The notes beneath the pieces were generated by a model. It was not told the origin of the DNA. It was given only the letters and a program-made list of their open reading frames with translations, and searched no databases. Position numbers and translations under genes: made by a program. A stretch of 63,220 nucleotides of DNA, the filler included, from Cercozoa sp. M6MM (lineage: Eukaryota > Protista > Endomyxa: Ascetosporea), in assembly GCA_040357565.1 (NCBI GenBank). It is 11 parts of 11 records of this genome, joined end to end, with 100 filler letters (N's around TTAATTAATTAA, not from the genome) between each part and the next. Parts side by side here need not be neighbours in the genome. Positions count along the whole stretch, not along the records: positions 1 to 6,102 come from JBDODJ010000789.1; positions 6,203 to 9,323 come from JBDODJ010001603.1; positions 9,424 to 23,341 come from JBDODJ010000344.1; 8 more parts are not named here. One strand, written 5' to 3'. Below are positions 1 to 10,243 of this stretch, piece by piece (the stretch's first letter is position 1; every line of letters starts with the position of its first letter).

Positions 1-124
1 CCCCCCCTATTTACCGCCTGTTTACCCCTCTACTTAGCCCCCTATTTACCCCCCCTGTTTAACCCCCTGTTTACCCCCCTGTTTACCCCCCTATTTACCT
101 CCCTATACCCCCTATCCCCCGCAG

Positions 125-756
125 GTATCAGCCACCAACTGGGACTGTGCCGTGGAGACTCTACGGTATACCCCCCTGGCGCCGATGTAGTTGCACGTGT
201 GTGCACGTAGCTGTGTGTGTGAGCAGTCGATTGCGACGCACGTGGCCGCCGCTGCCGTCGCTGTCATGTGCGCAACTGGTGCACTGTGCCAAGGCCATCT
301 ACGCCACTCACGAGTTCGAAACCGTCGCTCTGCGTGGCGGTACTTTTTTACTGGGGGGGGGGGGGAACAGGGGGGTAAAGTGGGGGGTAAAACTGCAACG
401 ACTGCGCAGGAACGGCGCAAGACGCTCTGCTGAACGGCGACGATCTTTTGCCGATCTGCATCTACGTGGTGGTGCAGGCCGCGCAGGATGCGCCTGAGGT
501 AGTCCCCCCTACCCCACCCCACCCTCCTGTACCTTTACCCCCTACCCAGGAGGCACCACCGCTGTCGCCGGTGCTGCTGACGGTGTTGGAGACTCTGCTG
601 GACCCTGCGAGTGCTGTTGGCGAATTGGGGTACCTCTGCCTGCCTTTGAGGTCGATCTCAAAAGGTGATATACGTCTGTGTCTTGACAGCTACTACTTGA
701 CCGTGTTCCGCGCGGCTGTCGAGTGGCTCGTGCAGTACCTGCCCGACGAGCAGTGA
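125..756 (+). CDS. VPS9-domain (Rab5-family GEF) protein, 3' part (5' truncated at window start)
   Basis: Splicing 4 GT-AG introns gives ...QLVHCAKAIY...LNGDDLLPICIYVVVQA...GELGYYLTVFRAAVEWL...EQ*. The (A/G)DDLLP and GE.GYYLT motifs are VPS9 hallmarks. Confidence 0.8.
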
Positions 757-844
757 CCTCACTACGCTACTATGTCCCAACACGTTCGGTTTCGACCAGT
801 CTCCACGTCGCGTTATTAACGTAGTCATTGCATTTATTAATTAC

Positions 845-1335
845 TGTTACCGCAGCCCTCTCAGATAGGGATCACGCACGTCAGGCCTTGGTAAATTGAG
901 GGTACTTTGCCAGTGATGCAAAAAAATAAGGAACGTAGGAAAGCCAAGCGAAGTGTCAGTTGAAAGAGTGAGTTATCCCAACGGTTCAGTTGGGCTGCAG
1001 GCAAAGCACTGGTGGACAGGAAAGTCACCCGTCAGCCGTTTTTACTGTAGGAAGGACAGTCAGTTAAAAGGGTTCTTGAGACGGAAAGGCGTCGTCAGAA
1101 CTGAGTAATGAGGATTCAGTAAAGAAAAGAAGAAGGAAGAAGAGAGAAGAAGGGCCTCTGGTATGGCAGAGGACGGGTAGAAGCGGAGACAACTGGTCCT
1201 GGAGAGATCAGATTACCTGGTCGAGAGAGCCCTTCTTCTGCTAAAAGCTTGCTCAAGGCTACCGTACCTCTCTTGAGGATTTTTGTAAGTTGTAGGGTTG
1301 CTTCCGCGCGGATACCAGTAGCTCATGCTGTAACA
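845..1335. mobile_element. Solo-LTR-like element, family A, copy 1 (491 bp)
   Basis: Starts TGTTAC and ends GTAACA (TG..CA, 6-bp inverted ends). Flanked by a perfect 4-bp direct repeat TTAC (841-844, 1336-1339). Homologous copies at 14487 and 51791. Confidence 0.75.
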
Positions 1336-1437
1336 TTACAACTAACTAAACAACGCTACGGCTAGTCAAAGCAAACAAACTGAACAAAGGCGACCGATCG
1401 AATCGGCGCGAATTGCAAAAGAAATTAAAGTGTTCAT

Positions 1438-1763
1438 TCACGTCAGAACGTGAGCAGCGCCGGTGTCGCGGCCGCGGCCGATGAAGGCCCTTGACTCAAG
1501 CCGTCCGTAGCGGCTGCGGCTACAACACACGCACATTTTGTTTCGTTTGACCCGGGAGTTTGACCAAAGAACATAGAGGCATTGCCTACGCTTGATTGTC
1601 TTGCACACGGCAGGCGAGCCGCTGCGAACGTTGTACACGCAGTGGCCTAAGAGACACAGAAGCAGCGATTTAAATGTACCGACATACGGGAGCAATTTGA
1701 CTCTACCGGTCGTGAAGCCAGGAGAGAGATTCGTGAACACGGGCGCTTCCTGGAACATACCCG

Positions 1764-1825
<62 letters not shown>

Positions 1826-2539
1826 CACACAGGCAAAGAAAACAAGACCGTGTACCTCCTTCTTGGTGCACTCGACGATCCACTTGCTTTCAATTGAGTT
1901 AACGCAGGAATCCAGACCTGTGGCAACATAGTCCAGTCAGTACTAATTAGTGTAAAAGAGTTGTACCGTCCGAACTGTCATGTTGATAGTGGATCTCAAT
2001 GCCTCGCTTCTTGTTCATATCGAGTGTGTAGACGGTCGCCTTGTTCCACGAACCGGTCGAGCCATCGCAACGGTTTAGAACCTCATCGACCTGAAACGAT
2101 CGACCATCGTTATCGAGGTAAAAGATCAACATGAATAAAAATTACACCACCTGGAAGATGCTGCCCGTGTACGTTGGACACTTGGCGAAAAACAAGCCCG
2201 ACGGCAAAACACCACCATGCTCGAGTGTGTCTTTGCAAAAACACACAATGAAGATAGGCATTCGGAAAAGAACAACTCTACCGTTCTTGGGTGGTCCACA
2301 CAGGCTCAGGTGAAGCGTGAATGTGTCATCTAAGAACTGTTCGATACAACAATGCATCAACAACGCACCACTGTGCTCTCAAGCAAAGCATGCAAGGAAA
2401 GCACCATTTCCTGGTGCGACCAACCCAGACCATTGTTGGTGGCAGACGACAGGTCGAACGAATCCCCTTGCACTGTGTGCACGATGCAGGCGGTAGCCGA
2501 CGCCACCAAGCCGAGAAGCACCAATGTAGAGCGCAGCAT
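1438..2539 (-). CDS. Secreted Cys-containing protein, possibly MRH (mannose-6-phosphate receptor homology)-like
   Basis: Signal peptide MLRSTLVLLGLVASATA, then C...GDSFDLS, FTLHLSLCGP, C..G.W, GIEIHY and HCVYNV..GSPAVC, resembling MRH/ATG27-like strands. Multi-exon, with a (GT)n intron near 1767-1830. Confidence 0.5.
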
Positions 2540-2820
2540 TCTATCCAAACTTGAACGCGCAAAAGGGCTCGTGTTTGCAATAACTAAACCTCCCCCTTGG
2601 CGCCTGCACTAATGAATTGCACACAGGTTGTTCTTACTGATCTAAAATCGTTCCAGAAAGATTGAAAAGCGCGGCAGACTCTCGACTGGAGGCACTGTAT
2701 CGATCAGATTACCCGTGTTGTTTTCCAGCCAGCCCAACAGATTTAGGTTTAATTGTCTGGCTTGACCACTCTGTCCTAGTACTGTACGTGATTATTCCAG
2801 TTTAAGAGCTAACTAGACGA

Positions 2821-5800
2821 CTATGGTAAAGTCGCAGGCATATTTCCTTCGTCGCACGAGGTGTCGCCTTCGACGCACATTCGCAGCTCGCACACTGCGG
2901 GGAAAGGGAACAACTCCAACTGGTAGCGACGCATATCGACCCATTCGCCTGTGCGGAAGGTATTTGATACTGCAACAGCGATGTTGAACAAGAGAAACAC
3001 TGTAAAATTACGCACCTCCAGTGCCGTTGGTATCGACGAGAATATAAGCAGCTGCAGCCACCAGCTGAGGCGCATTTGGTTGCGTGTCGAACCACTCCGT
3101 GTAGCCCTACCATTCGACATCAGTCTTTGGCCAATTTGATAATTCTATGGGTGCGAGATACCTCCGAGGCGGACGTAGAGTCGACCCATTGCCAGCCAGT
3201 AGAATGACTGCGACCACGGTCGCGGTACAGTCCGATGAAACAGCCGTGCATTTGGTCCGGCAGCTGGTTGGTGATGCCTTTGATACAAGCCTCAGCGACG
3301 CGCAGATTCTCTTCTGGCGATTTGATCACGGCCAGACGACCGCCGATGGCTTCGCACTCGTTGGAGGCATCGTCCCAGCCCCATGCCATCAGTCGCACAT
3401 ACTACACCCAGTTGGTATACTAAGACTCCGAGTATACAAAACAGAACAGGCACCTTGACAACAGCAGGCGTGACTGGACACTCACAATCCTCAGTCTGCA
3501 CCTCTCCGTCGCTTGCTTCGCAAACATCGCCCGGTTGAGTCACATTGAACTGCCGCTTTCGCAGGCACCTGTCGCCCTCGCGACTGCACTCGGTCCACGG
3601 CGACCAGGTTCCAACACATTCGGTGGCACACTACAACAATTGTCAACATCTGTTGTTTGTATACATAACCACCAACAATTGTCAACATCTGTTGTTTGTA
3701 TACATAGTCAGTGCACACACCTCAGAAGCCGGGCACTGCTCAGTTTCAACGAAACCGTCGTTGTGAGGACACGGGTCGCCACTCCCGACGCGGTCTTGTG
3801 TCACACGGAATGTGCGCGCACGTTGGCAGCTTTGCGGATCACACGCACTCCATTCGCCGAAAGCACCGATGCAATCGGCACACTCGGATGTGCCACACTG
3901 TGGGGAGAGCTCTAAACAGCAGGTTGTACACCTAAGTTATTTACCTGCACAGTTTCGACGAAACCGTTTTCGTGTAGACAGCTTTCGCCAGGTTGCGTGA
4001 CTTGCCAAACGCGCGACTTTTCGCAGTCGCTGCTGCAAGGCGAGAAGTTCGACCACGCGGCCACACACTCAACGATACAGTTGGGACAGCGACGTGCCTC
4101 CACGGTGCCGTCTTGTTCGACGCATTGCTCACCTGCGCCGATCTGTTATTCTCAAAACTCAAACTTTGATCGAAGTTTAGTTTCGAATAGTATATTGATA
4201 CGGCAGTTTGCGAGACAACGAATGTGCGACGTTGCTGACACTGCGAATCACACTGAGACCAGTCAGTCCACGAACCAGCGCAGCTGCGGCATTCATTCGT
4301 CGCACAAGCGCGTGTTTCCGCGAAACCGTCGTCGAATTGGCAATTTCGGCCTGGCTTCGTCACTTGCCAGGTTCGCTGGAGGCAATAAATGAAAGCTGCT
4401 CCTAAAAGAAAGCACTGGTAGTACAGTTTGCTGACATTGCGAGTCACAAGTCGACCACGCTGACCACGAAGCCACACACTCGACGGTGCACGTGTCCGGA
4501 GGACATTGTCGTGTTTGCACCGAGCCCTCTGCCGTTTCACACTGCTGGCCGACTCCTATGGCAGGTTCTGTCACTTGGAATGTGCGTGATTGCTGGCACT
4601 GGTCATTGCACTACGAAGCAACTTCATATGTTGGCAGTAAAGCACACTAGCAGGGAGTATTTTGATATACCGTTGACCAACTGGACCAAGATCCCACACA
4701 GTTGCGACATTCGGTCGTGCTGCAAGTCTGTGACTGCTGAAAGCCATCTTCAAACTCACAGTTTCGACCTGGTTTCGTCACTTGCCACGAACGCTGAGTT
4801 TGTCACATCATTCTCCAAACTGTACATAACTCTCATTCAAAAATGAAAGTACCGTCTGTTGACACTGCGAATCGCAAGCAGACCAACCGGACCACGAAGC
4901 TGTGCACTGAACGGTACAGATATCTTCGGAGCACTGTCGCGTTTGAGTGACTCCATTCGCTGCTTCGCATTGCTTGCCTGCGCCGATGGCAGTTTGCGCC
5001 ACTTGGAACGTGCGTGATTGTTGGCATTGGTCGTTGCACTGTCACGTTGCGATAGAACCAAGGAAGATTAAAGTCAAAGACTGAAGCCAAGTACCGAGGA
5101 CCAACTTGACCACACGCCAATACAGTCGCGACACTCACTCGCACTGCACGTTCGCGTCTGCGAAAAGCCGTCTTCGAAATCGCAGTTTCGACCAGGTTTC
5201 GTGACGTGCCACTTGCGCTACTTGCGATTCACTTTAAGAAACTTCAGTTTTGAAAGTTACAAATACCGTCTGTTGACACTGCGAGTCACAAGCCGACCAG
5301 TCGGACCACGAGGCAGTGCATTGGAGTGTGCACAGGCTTTCCGCGCACTGCCGAGTCTGCGTTGCGCCGTTTTGTGCGTCGCACTGTGTACCTGCTCCGA
5401 TGGCAGTTTGCGTTTTTTGGAAGATGCGCGACTGACGGCACTGGTCGTCACACTGTGTCAAATTTAACAAATTATTGTTCATTGTGCACAATCAAATCAA
5501 ATCAATTGATTACCGAAGACCAGCCTGACCAGGATCCAACACAGTCGCGACATTCGGAAGAAGAGCAGTCGACAGTTTCGATGAAGCCATCTTCGTGCAA
5601 GCACTGGTCACCCGGTGTCAACACTCGCCAGACGCGACTACACAAGGACACTAAAGGTCAGTTTTCAAGGTGTGTTTAAAAGCAGGAACCTCTTGCGACA
5701 GGAAGGCGAGCAGCGACCCCACTGACTCCAGACAGCCTCGCATTGCGTGAGATCGTGCACTGCGTACGAGAGCGAAAAGCCTTCGCCTGGCGTCGAACTG

Positions 5801-6065
5801 CCGGCACGGAACTGCACACGCACATCCGATGAGCGGGAAATGATGCTGTCACGCACGTCGTCTGCCTCTGTTGCGAGCACGTCGAGTCCGTCGCCATTAG
5901 TGATTCGTCTGTACATTCAGTTCAGATGAAATTCAGTTGGTTAAGTATATACTTGAAGCGGTAGAATAGACTGGCCCTACACAAAGTCGCAGCACGGATC
6001 GAGGTCGAACTCGGTGAAATCAATCTTGATGTACTGATTATCGCTGAGGGGTGGGTTGATTCTCC
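2821..6065 (-). CDS. Extracellular CUB + ~11 thrombospondin type-1 repeats + C-terminal C-type lectin domain (5' truncated at contig end)
   Basis: CUB: YIKIDFTEFDLDPCCDFV...VRVQFRAGSSTPGEGFSLSY. Repeated WSxWSxC..C..R TSP1 units. CTLD: WDDASNECEAIGGRLAVIKSPEEN, FIGL, WQWVD, W...QPN, W.D, AVCE. Stop at 2821. Confidence 0.85.
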
Positions 6066-6102
6066 CTAAACAGAAATGTGCCATCATCCATTTAAAAAAA
6101 AA

Positions 6103-6202
6103 NNNNNNNNNNNNNNNNNNNNNNNNNNNNNNNNNNNNNNNNNNNNTTAATTAATTAANNNNNNNNNNNNNNNNNNNNNNNNNNNNNNNNNNNNNNNNNN
6201 NN
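6103..6202. other. Artificial contig-joining spacer (N-run, TTAATTAATTAA, N-run)
   Basis: Same 100-nt six-frame-stop spacer also at 9324-9423, 23342-23441, 31896-31995, 35329-35428, 41360-41459, 47512-47611, 52307-52406, 58898-58997 and 60115-60214. Plain N gaps at 18024-18123, 6834-6843, 25229-25238 and 57698-57707. Confidence 0.95.
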
Positions 6203-6310
6203 CCTACCTACCTACCTACCTACCTACCTACCTACCTACCTTACCTACCACCTACTACCTGCCCACTACCTACCTACTACCTCAGTGAACAAGTGTGTTC
6301 GTGTGTGCAG

Positions 6311-6788
6311 GCCAACTACATGTACCTGGTGAACAAGCTGCAGCTGCTGCGTCTCACACGCGCCGTCGCCGCGCTCGACCACCTCTGTCAGCAGCGTCGA
6401 CTCATGCACGCAGATCCTGAGCCGGTGGTTGAGCCGAAACTTGAGCCGACATCTGAGCCGAAAGCTGAGCCGAAAGCCGAGTCTCAAGCCGAGCCGAAAC
6501 CTCAGTTGGAGAAGACGCGTGCCGACGGTGTCAGTGCGGACGAAGCCTCAGTCACCAGGTCAGTCACTGGGTCAGTCACTGGGTCAGGCACTGGGTCAGT
6601 GGCACCGTCAGTATCATCGGTATCATCGGTGGCACCGTCAGTGTCGGCGACGGTGTCGCGCGAGTCCAAGACCGAGTCGCGCGACGAGCAGAAAATGGAG
6701 GAGCGCGTGGCCGCCGCCGCTGCGCGCGCTGGCAGTTTCTTCCGCTCGCTGTCGCGCAAGGCGAAACAACGCATGCAGCAGCACCGGC

Positions 6789-6832
<44 letters not shown>

Positions 6833-6844
6833 CNNNNNNNNNNC

Positions 6845-6890
<46 letters not shown>

Positions 6891-7110
6891 CGACACTGAT
6901 GACGACGACGACGAGCTGCTGCAGTCGATGGAAGCTGCCTACACCAGTCGCTCGGGCAGTCCGAGTCCTCTACCGACCGAGTCGGAGTCGGCCGTCCAGG
7001 TCCTGCAAGTCTCGGACTGCACCGAGCCCAGGATAGACAACGACTTGGACAACGCTGCACAAGCTGACGATCACGATCAAGCTGCTTCTTCTGACGAGTC
7101 GCTCCCTTAA
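6311..7110 (+). CDS. 3' terminal exon of hypothetical protein with EPK repeats, Ser-rich region and poly-Gln (CAA)n
   Basis: Acceptor gtgcag at 6310 and a GC-rich coding frame. The apparent frameshift falls at the 10-N gap inside the CAA tract. Ends ...SSDESLP*. Confidence 0.6.
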
Positions 7111-8299
7111 ACATCGGTCTGGGGGAGGTTTGATTAGTTGCGTTGTTACCTGTATCCAGGTTATCGTACGTACAGCTGGCTGGGTGGCATGCCTGCAGAC
7201 TGACCTTGAGTTGGTCAGCATTTCTGACTAGTGGGAGGCAAGGCTTTTATGCCTGGGCCAAGTGAGGTAACTCCTGCAGGTGCAGGTCCGGCGAATTTGC
7301 TTTACGTGATGGGCAAGAACTGCCGACTATATTATCTATAAATTTATATACGCTACGTGCATTGAGCTGACGCCAATTTCACGAAAAATGACTCTCAGTG
7401 TGATAGTCTGGAAGGCGTTTCTCTCGCGTCACTGGACGAAAATCCTCGAGAACCGGTTTTGAGTAATTTACTCGAATTACTCTGCCCTTTTTGAGCACTA
7501 AACGCACTCTAACCTACCGAAATGGTGCCCACAGTTAATTACCCACAGGATGCACGCCTTGAAATTCTCTAAGCACTCGTGCACTTCGACAATGAAAAAT
7601 TACTCGCTTGGTATAAATTTTTGGGCTGGAGTAATGTCAGTAATGTGAGTAATGTGAGTAACTGGCTTGGATACTCCGCGATCCCGAGACTTTGGTTAAC
7701 CAGAAAAAGATATTTGTATAGCTCGTTTAACTCAATGTGGGAATTCTCTCAAACTGAAAAAAACTACGTGCACACTACTGCACTTAGTAGGGTACCTGAA
7801 AAACTCTCTTTACTAGGATTTGGTTGTTTCGCTGGCAGCTGTTAAAAAAATAAAGATCTCGAACGTTGCAGCCTGCACTAACTTTACATATCATACGAGT
7901 GTACAGTGCTGTGGTTTCATAGCAGTGTGTTCATGCGTGCTGCTGTTCCGTGAGCCAGTTTTCAAAAGCTGTTCGGCTGCACTGGGCCCTCAGTGCCAGG
8001 CGGTACTAGTAGGTACGGAAGTGGCCGTTTGAAGAGTCGAAAGGGTTGCAGCGGGCACTTGGTGCGAATTTTTGTGCTGTATTTATTTCTTGTTGTTTTT
8101 TGTCTTTTTGTTTCATATGTGCATTATGTTGCTTTGTGTTTCTAAAAGCAGGCGTTTAAAAGAAGAAATGTATTGCAAGTATGGCATCCTACGGCCCACA
8201 TCCTACGGCCCACGAGGTAGAGGTCTATAGACCTGGGGTAAAGTCTGCGTCCTCTGTCGGTGCGAGGTGATACCTGTCGGAAAGAGGCCGTGTGCTGTC

Positions 8300-8875
8300 C
8301 TTACGCACAAGGTTTCTTTCATGCGTCGACGCAACCGGACACTGACGGATGGAGCGACTTCGCTGGGTATTCGTGTTGTTAAATCCCTTCTTTTTCTCCT
8401 GTCCTGCCTAACGATACTAAACAGCGTTTGCGGTGACTCTGCGATGCTTTCGCAGCTGTCGGCGAAGTACCCCGACTACGCCGACGACAATTCGCTGGTG
8501 TGTTTCCTTTAAAAGAACCTCTTAATCTCCGTGATGTTTCTTCGTCAAGACAGGTGAACGACATCATGGAGCAACCGTCGGCTCTGATGCTGCGGGCGGC
8601 CAGCGGCCGCAACAAGAAGACCCACGGCTCCTGCGCCCGCCCGTATCGTGACCTACAGACGCCAGGTGTTTCGAAAAGCAAGTTGCAGCGCGCTCTCCCA
8701 GTGGTCTTCGGCGTCATTCTGTAGCTTTAATCACTTAATTGCCTTCGTATTCGTTTCCGACCTTTCTCATGCACAGTCGAGACGCAAGTCGCTTGTCGAC
8801 GCACTTACAAGGACTTCTTCTTGCTGCCGCCGTTACATTCGGCTCTCCGTCTCGTCAAGACAGTGACATTAATTC
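8300..8875 (+). pseudogene. Spliced ORF remnant or hypothetical gene of unknown function
   Basis: Three ~56-nt GT-AG introns join an open frame (...DGWSDFAGVCGDSAMLSQLSAKYPDYADDNSLVNDIMEQ...). No clear start and no recognisable domain. Confidence 0.3.
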
Positions 8876-9131
8876 TGTTTCGGGGCTTTGGTATTTGACG
8901 TCCCTATTCCGTGATGGTGCTGTCCTAGTGTTGCATATATTTTGTTCTTCAGCGTGCCTCGTACGACAAGTGGCTTGTCGTGCTGCAACCCGAACAGTTG
9001 GTTTCAGCCTGATCTCTCGCCTGGGGAATCGTCGTCTGTCGAAAGGTGTCGTGCGCGTGACGTTGGCCATGCTTGGTATCGGGCCTGTTTGTCGTGTCAC
9101 AACGCAAGTTCTCTTCTGCCGGTCCAGAAGC

Positions 9132-9323
9132 CGAGTAACTCGAGTAATTTATTGGGTAACTCGAGTAATTTATCGGGTAACTCGAGTAATTTGTGAGTAA
9201 CTCGAGTAATTTGTGAGTAACTTGAGTAATAATCAGAGTAATCTGAGTACTAGCTTGGTAACTCGAGTAATTCGTTGAGTAACTCGAGTAACTATCAAGT
9301 AACTGGAGTAACAGTAGAGTAAT
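9132..9323. repeat. GAGTAA-based minisatellite (~20-21-nt unit GAGTAACTCGAGTAATTTRT)
   Basis: Tandem degenerate units run up to the contig end. Related GAGTAA/TTACTC clusters at 7461-7482 and 7628-7663. Confidence 0.85.
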
Positions 9324-9540
9324 NNNNNNNNNNNNNNNNNNNNNNNNNNNNNNNNNNNNNNNNNNNNTTAATTAATTAANNNNNNNNNNNNNNNNNNNNN
9401 NNNNNNNNNNNNNNNNNNNNNNNACGCAAGGCCGACAGCCCCCGCGGCCCTCCCCCCAGACCTTGCGCCCCGGGCCATTCTTTCGCCCCCCCCCTTCCCC
9501 CCCTGTTTACCCCCACCCCCTTTTACCCCTCCCCTCGTAG

Positions 9541-9831
9541 GAGCCAGTCTGTCTGTGTCGGTGTCGCGCGAGAGCAAGGACGAAGTCATTGATGGTACTG
9601 TGTAAACAGGGAGGTAAAGGGGAAGGTCAAAGTATGTCTCTGCGCAGAGGCACTAGCCGGCGTGGCGCAGGAGCTGTCGCAGGCCACGCAAGGCGTCCAG
9701 TCGCCGTGGCTGTCGCCCAAGGCGTCGCCCTCCTCCGAAACCTCGCTGCCGGGTGCGTTGTGTTGGCCTACCCTTACCCCCCTGTGTATCTGTGTAACTG
9801 TGTATGGACAGATCCGTTCTCGCTCGACTAA
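9541..9831 (+). CDS. 3' end of hypothetical protein (5' truncated)
   Basis: Spliced: ...SVSRESKDEVIDEALAGVAQELSQATQGVQSPWLSPKASPSSETSLPDPFSLD*. Confidence 0.55.
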   Translation, partial: EPVCLCRCRARARTKSLMVLCKQGGKGEGQSMSLRRGTSRRGAGAVAGHARRPVAVAVAQGVALLRNLAAGCVVLAYPYPPVYLCNCVWTDPFSLD

Positions 9832-9963
9832 CGAAACGTGTCTCAAACTGCTGTGCTGGAGTGCACAAAAACTGCGTCTGTTCTGCCAGTGTGAATGGAC
9901 GGCGTGAATGGACGCTGGCGCCCACTTTCTATTAGCAATATTTAAGGCTTTTGCGCACCCAAA

Positions 9964-10229
9964 TGTTACGGTATTGTTACTAAGACGACTAAATAAAGGA
10001 AGTGCTAACGTCAGGTCGAAAGACGTCGAAGCGGAGGATTAGAAATACCCTTGTGGAAAAGTTCGCCGAAAGGCTTCATTGAAGTAAAATAATGCGCGGC
10101 CGTAGAATGCTTGACCCAAGCCAGGAAGTCAAGGTTTAGCAAAACAAAATCCTTCACCATTCTCCATAGTTTAGATTTGAGCTGACGAGTACGGTGGTAA
10201 GATTGACTGAGAAACGCTTTGCCGTAACA
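9964..10229. mobile_element. Solo-LTR/MITE-like element, family B (266 bp)
   Basis: Ends TGTTACGGTA ... TGCCGTAACA (9/10 inverted match). Flanks CAAA and CAAC form a 4-bp TSD with one mismatch. Lies between two convergent stop codons. Confidence 0.55.
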
Positions 10230-10243
10230 CAACTTCTGTTCAG

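Noticed and set aside
1-120. C-rich tract as a true telomere
   Set aside because: It is degenerate, ends in a CAG acceptor and lies inside the VPS9 gene, so it is an intron. The unit is not TTAGGG or TTTAGGG.
3633-3707. 39-bp tandem duplication
   Set aside because: A simple local duplication inside an intron of the TSP1 gene, with no sign of function.
6103-6202. Recurrent TTAATTAATTAA palindrome as a biological repeat or CRISPR-like motif
   Set aside because: It is always embedded in a fixed 100-nt N spacer, so it is an artificial contig linker. Gene adjacency across these spacers is meaningless.
6790-6890. Frameshift from poly-Gln to poly-Asn or poly-Thr
   Set aside because: Caused by the arbitrary 10-N gap inside the CAA tract.
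7144-7271. Another TGTTAC-terminated element
   Set aside because: The right end is imperfect (AGGTAACT), there is no TSD and there is no similarity to the other copies.
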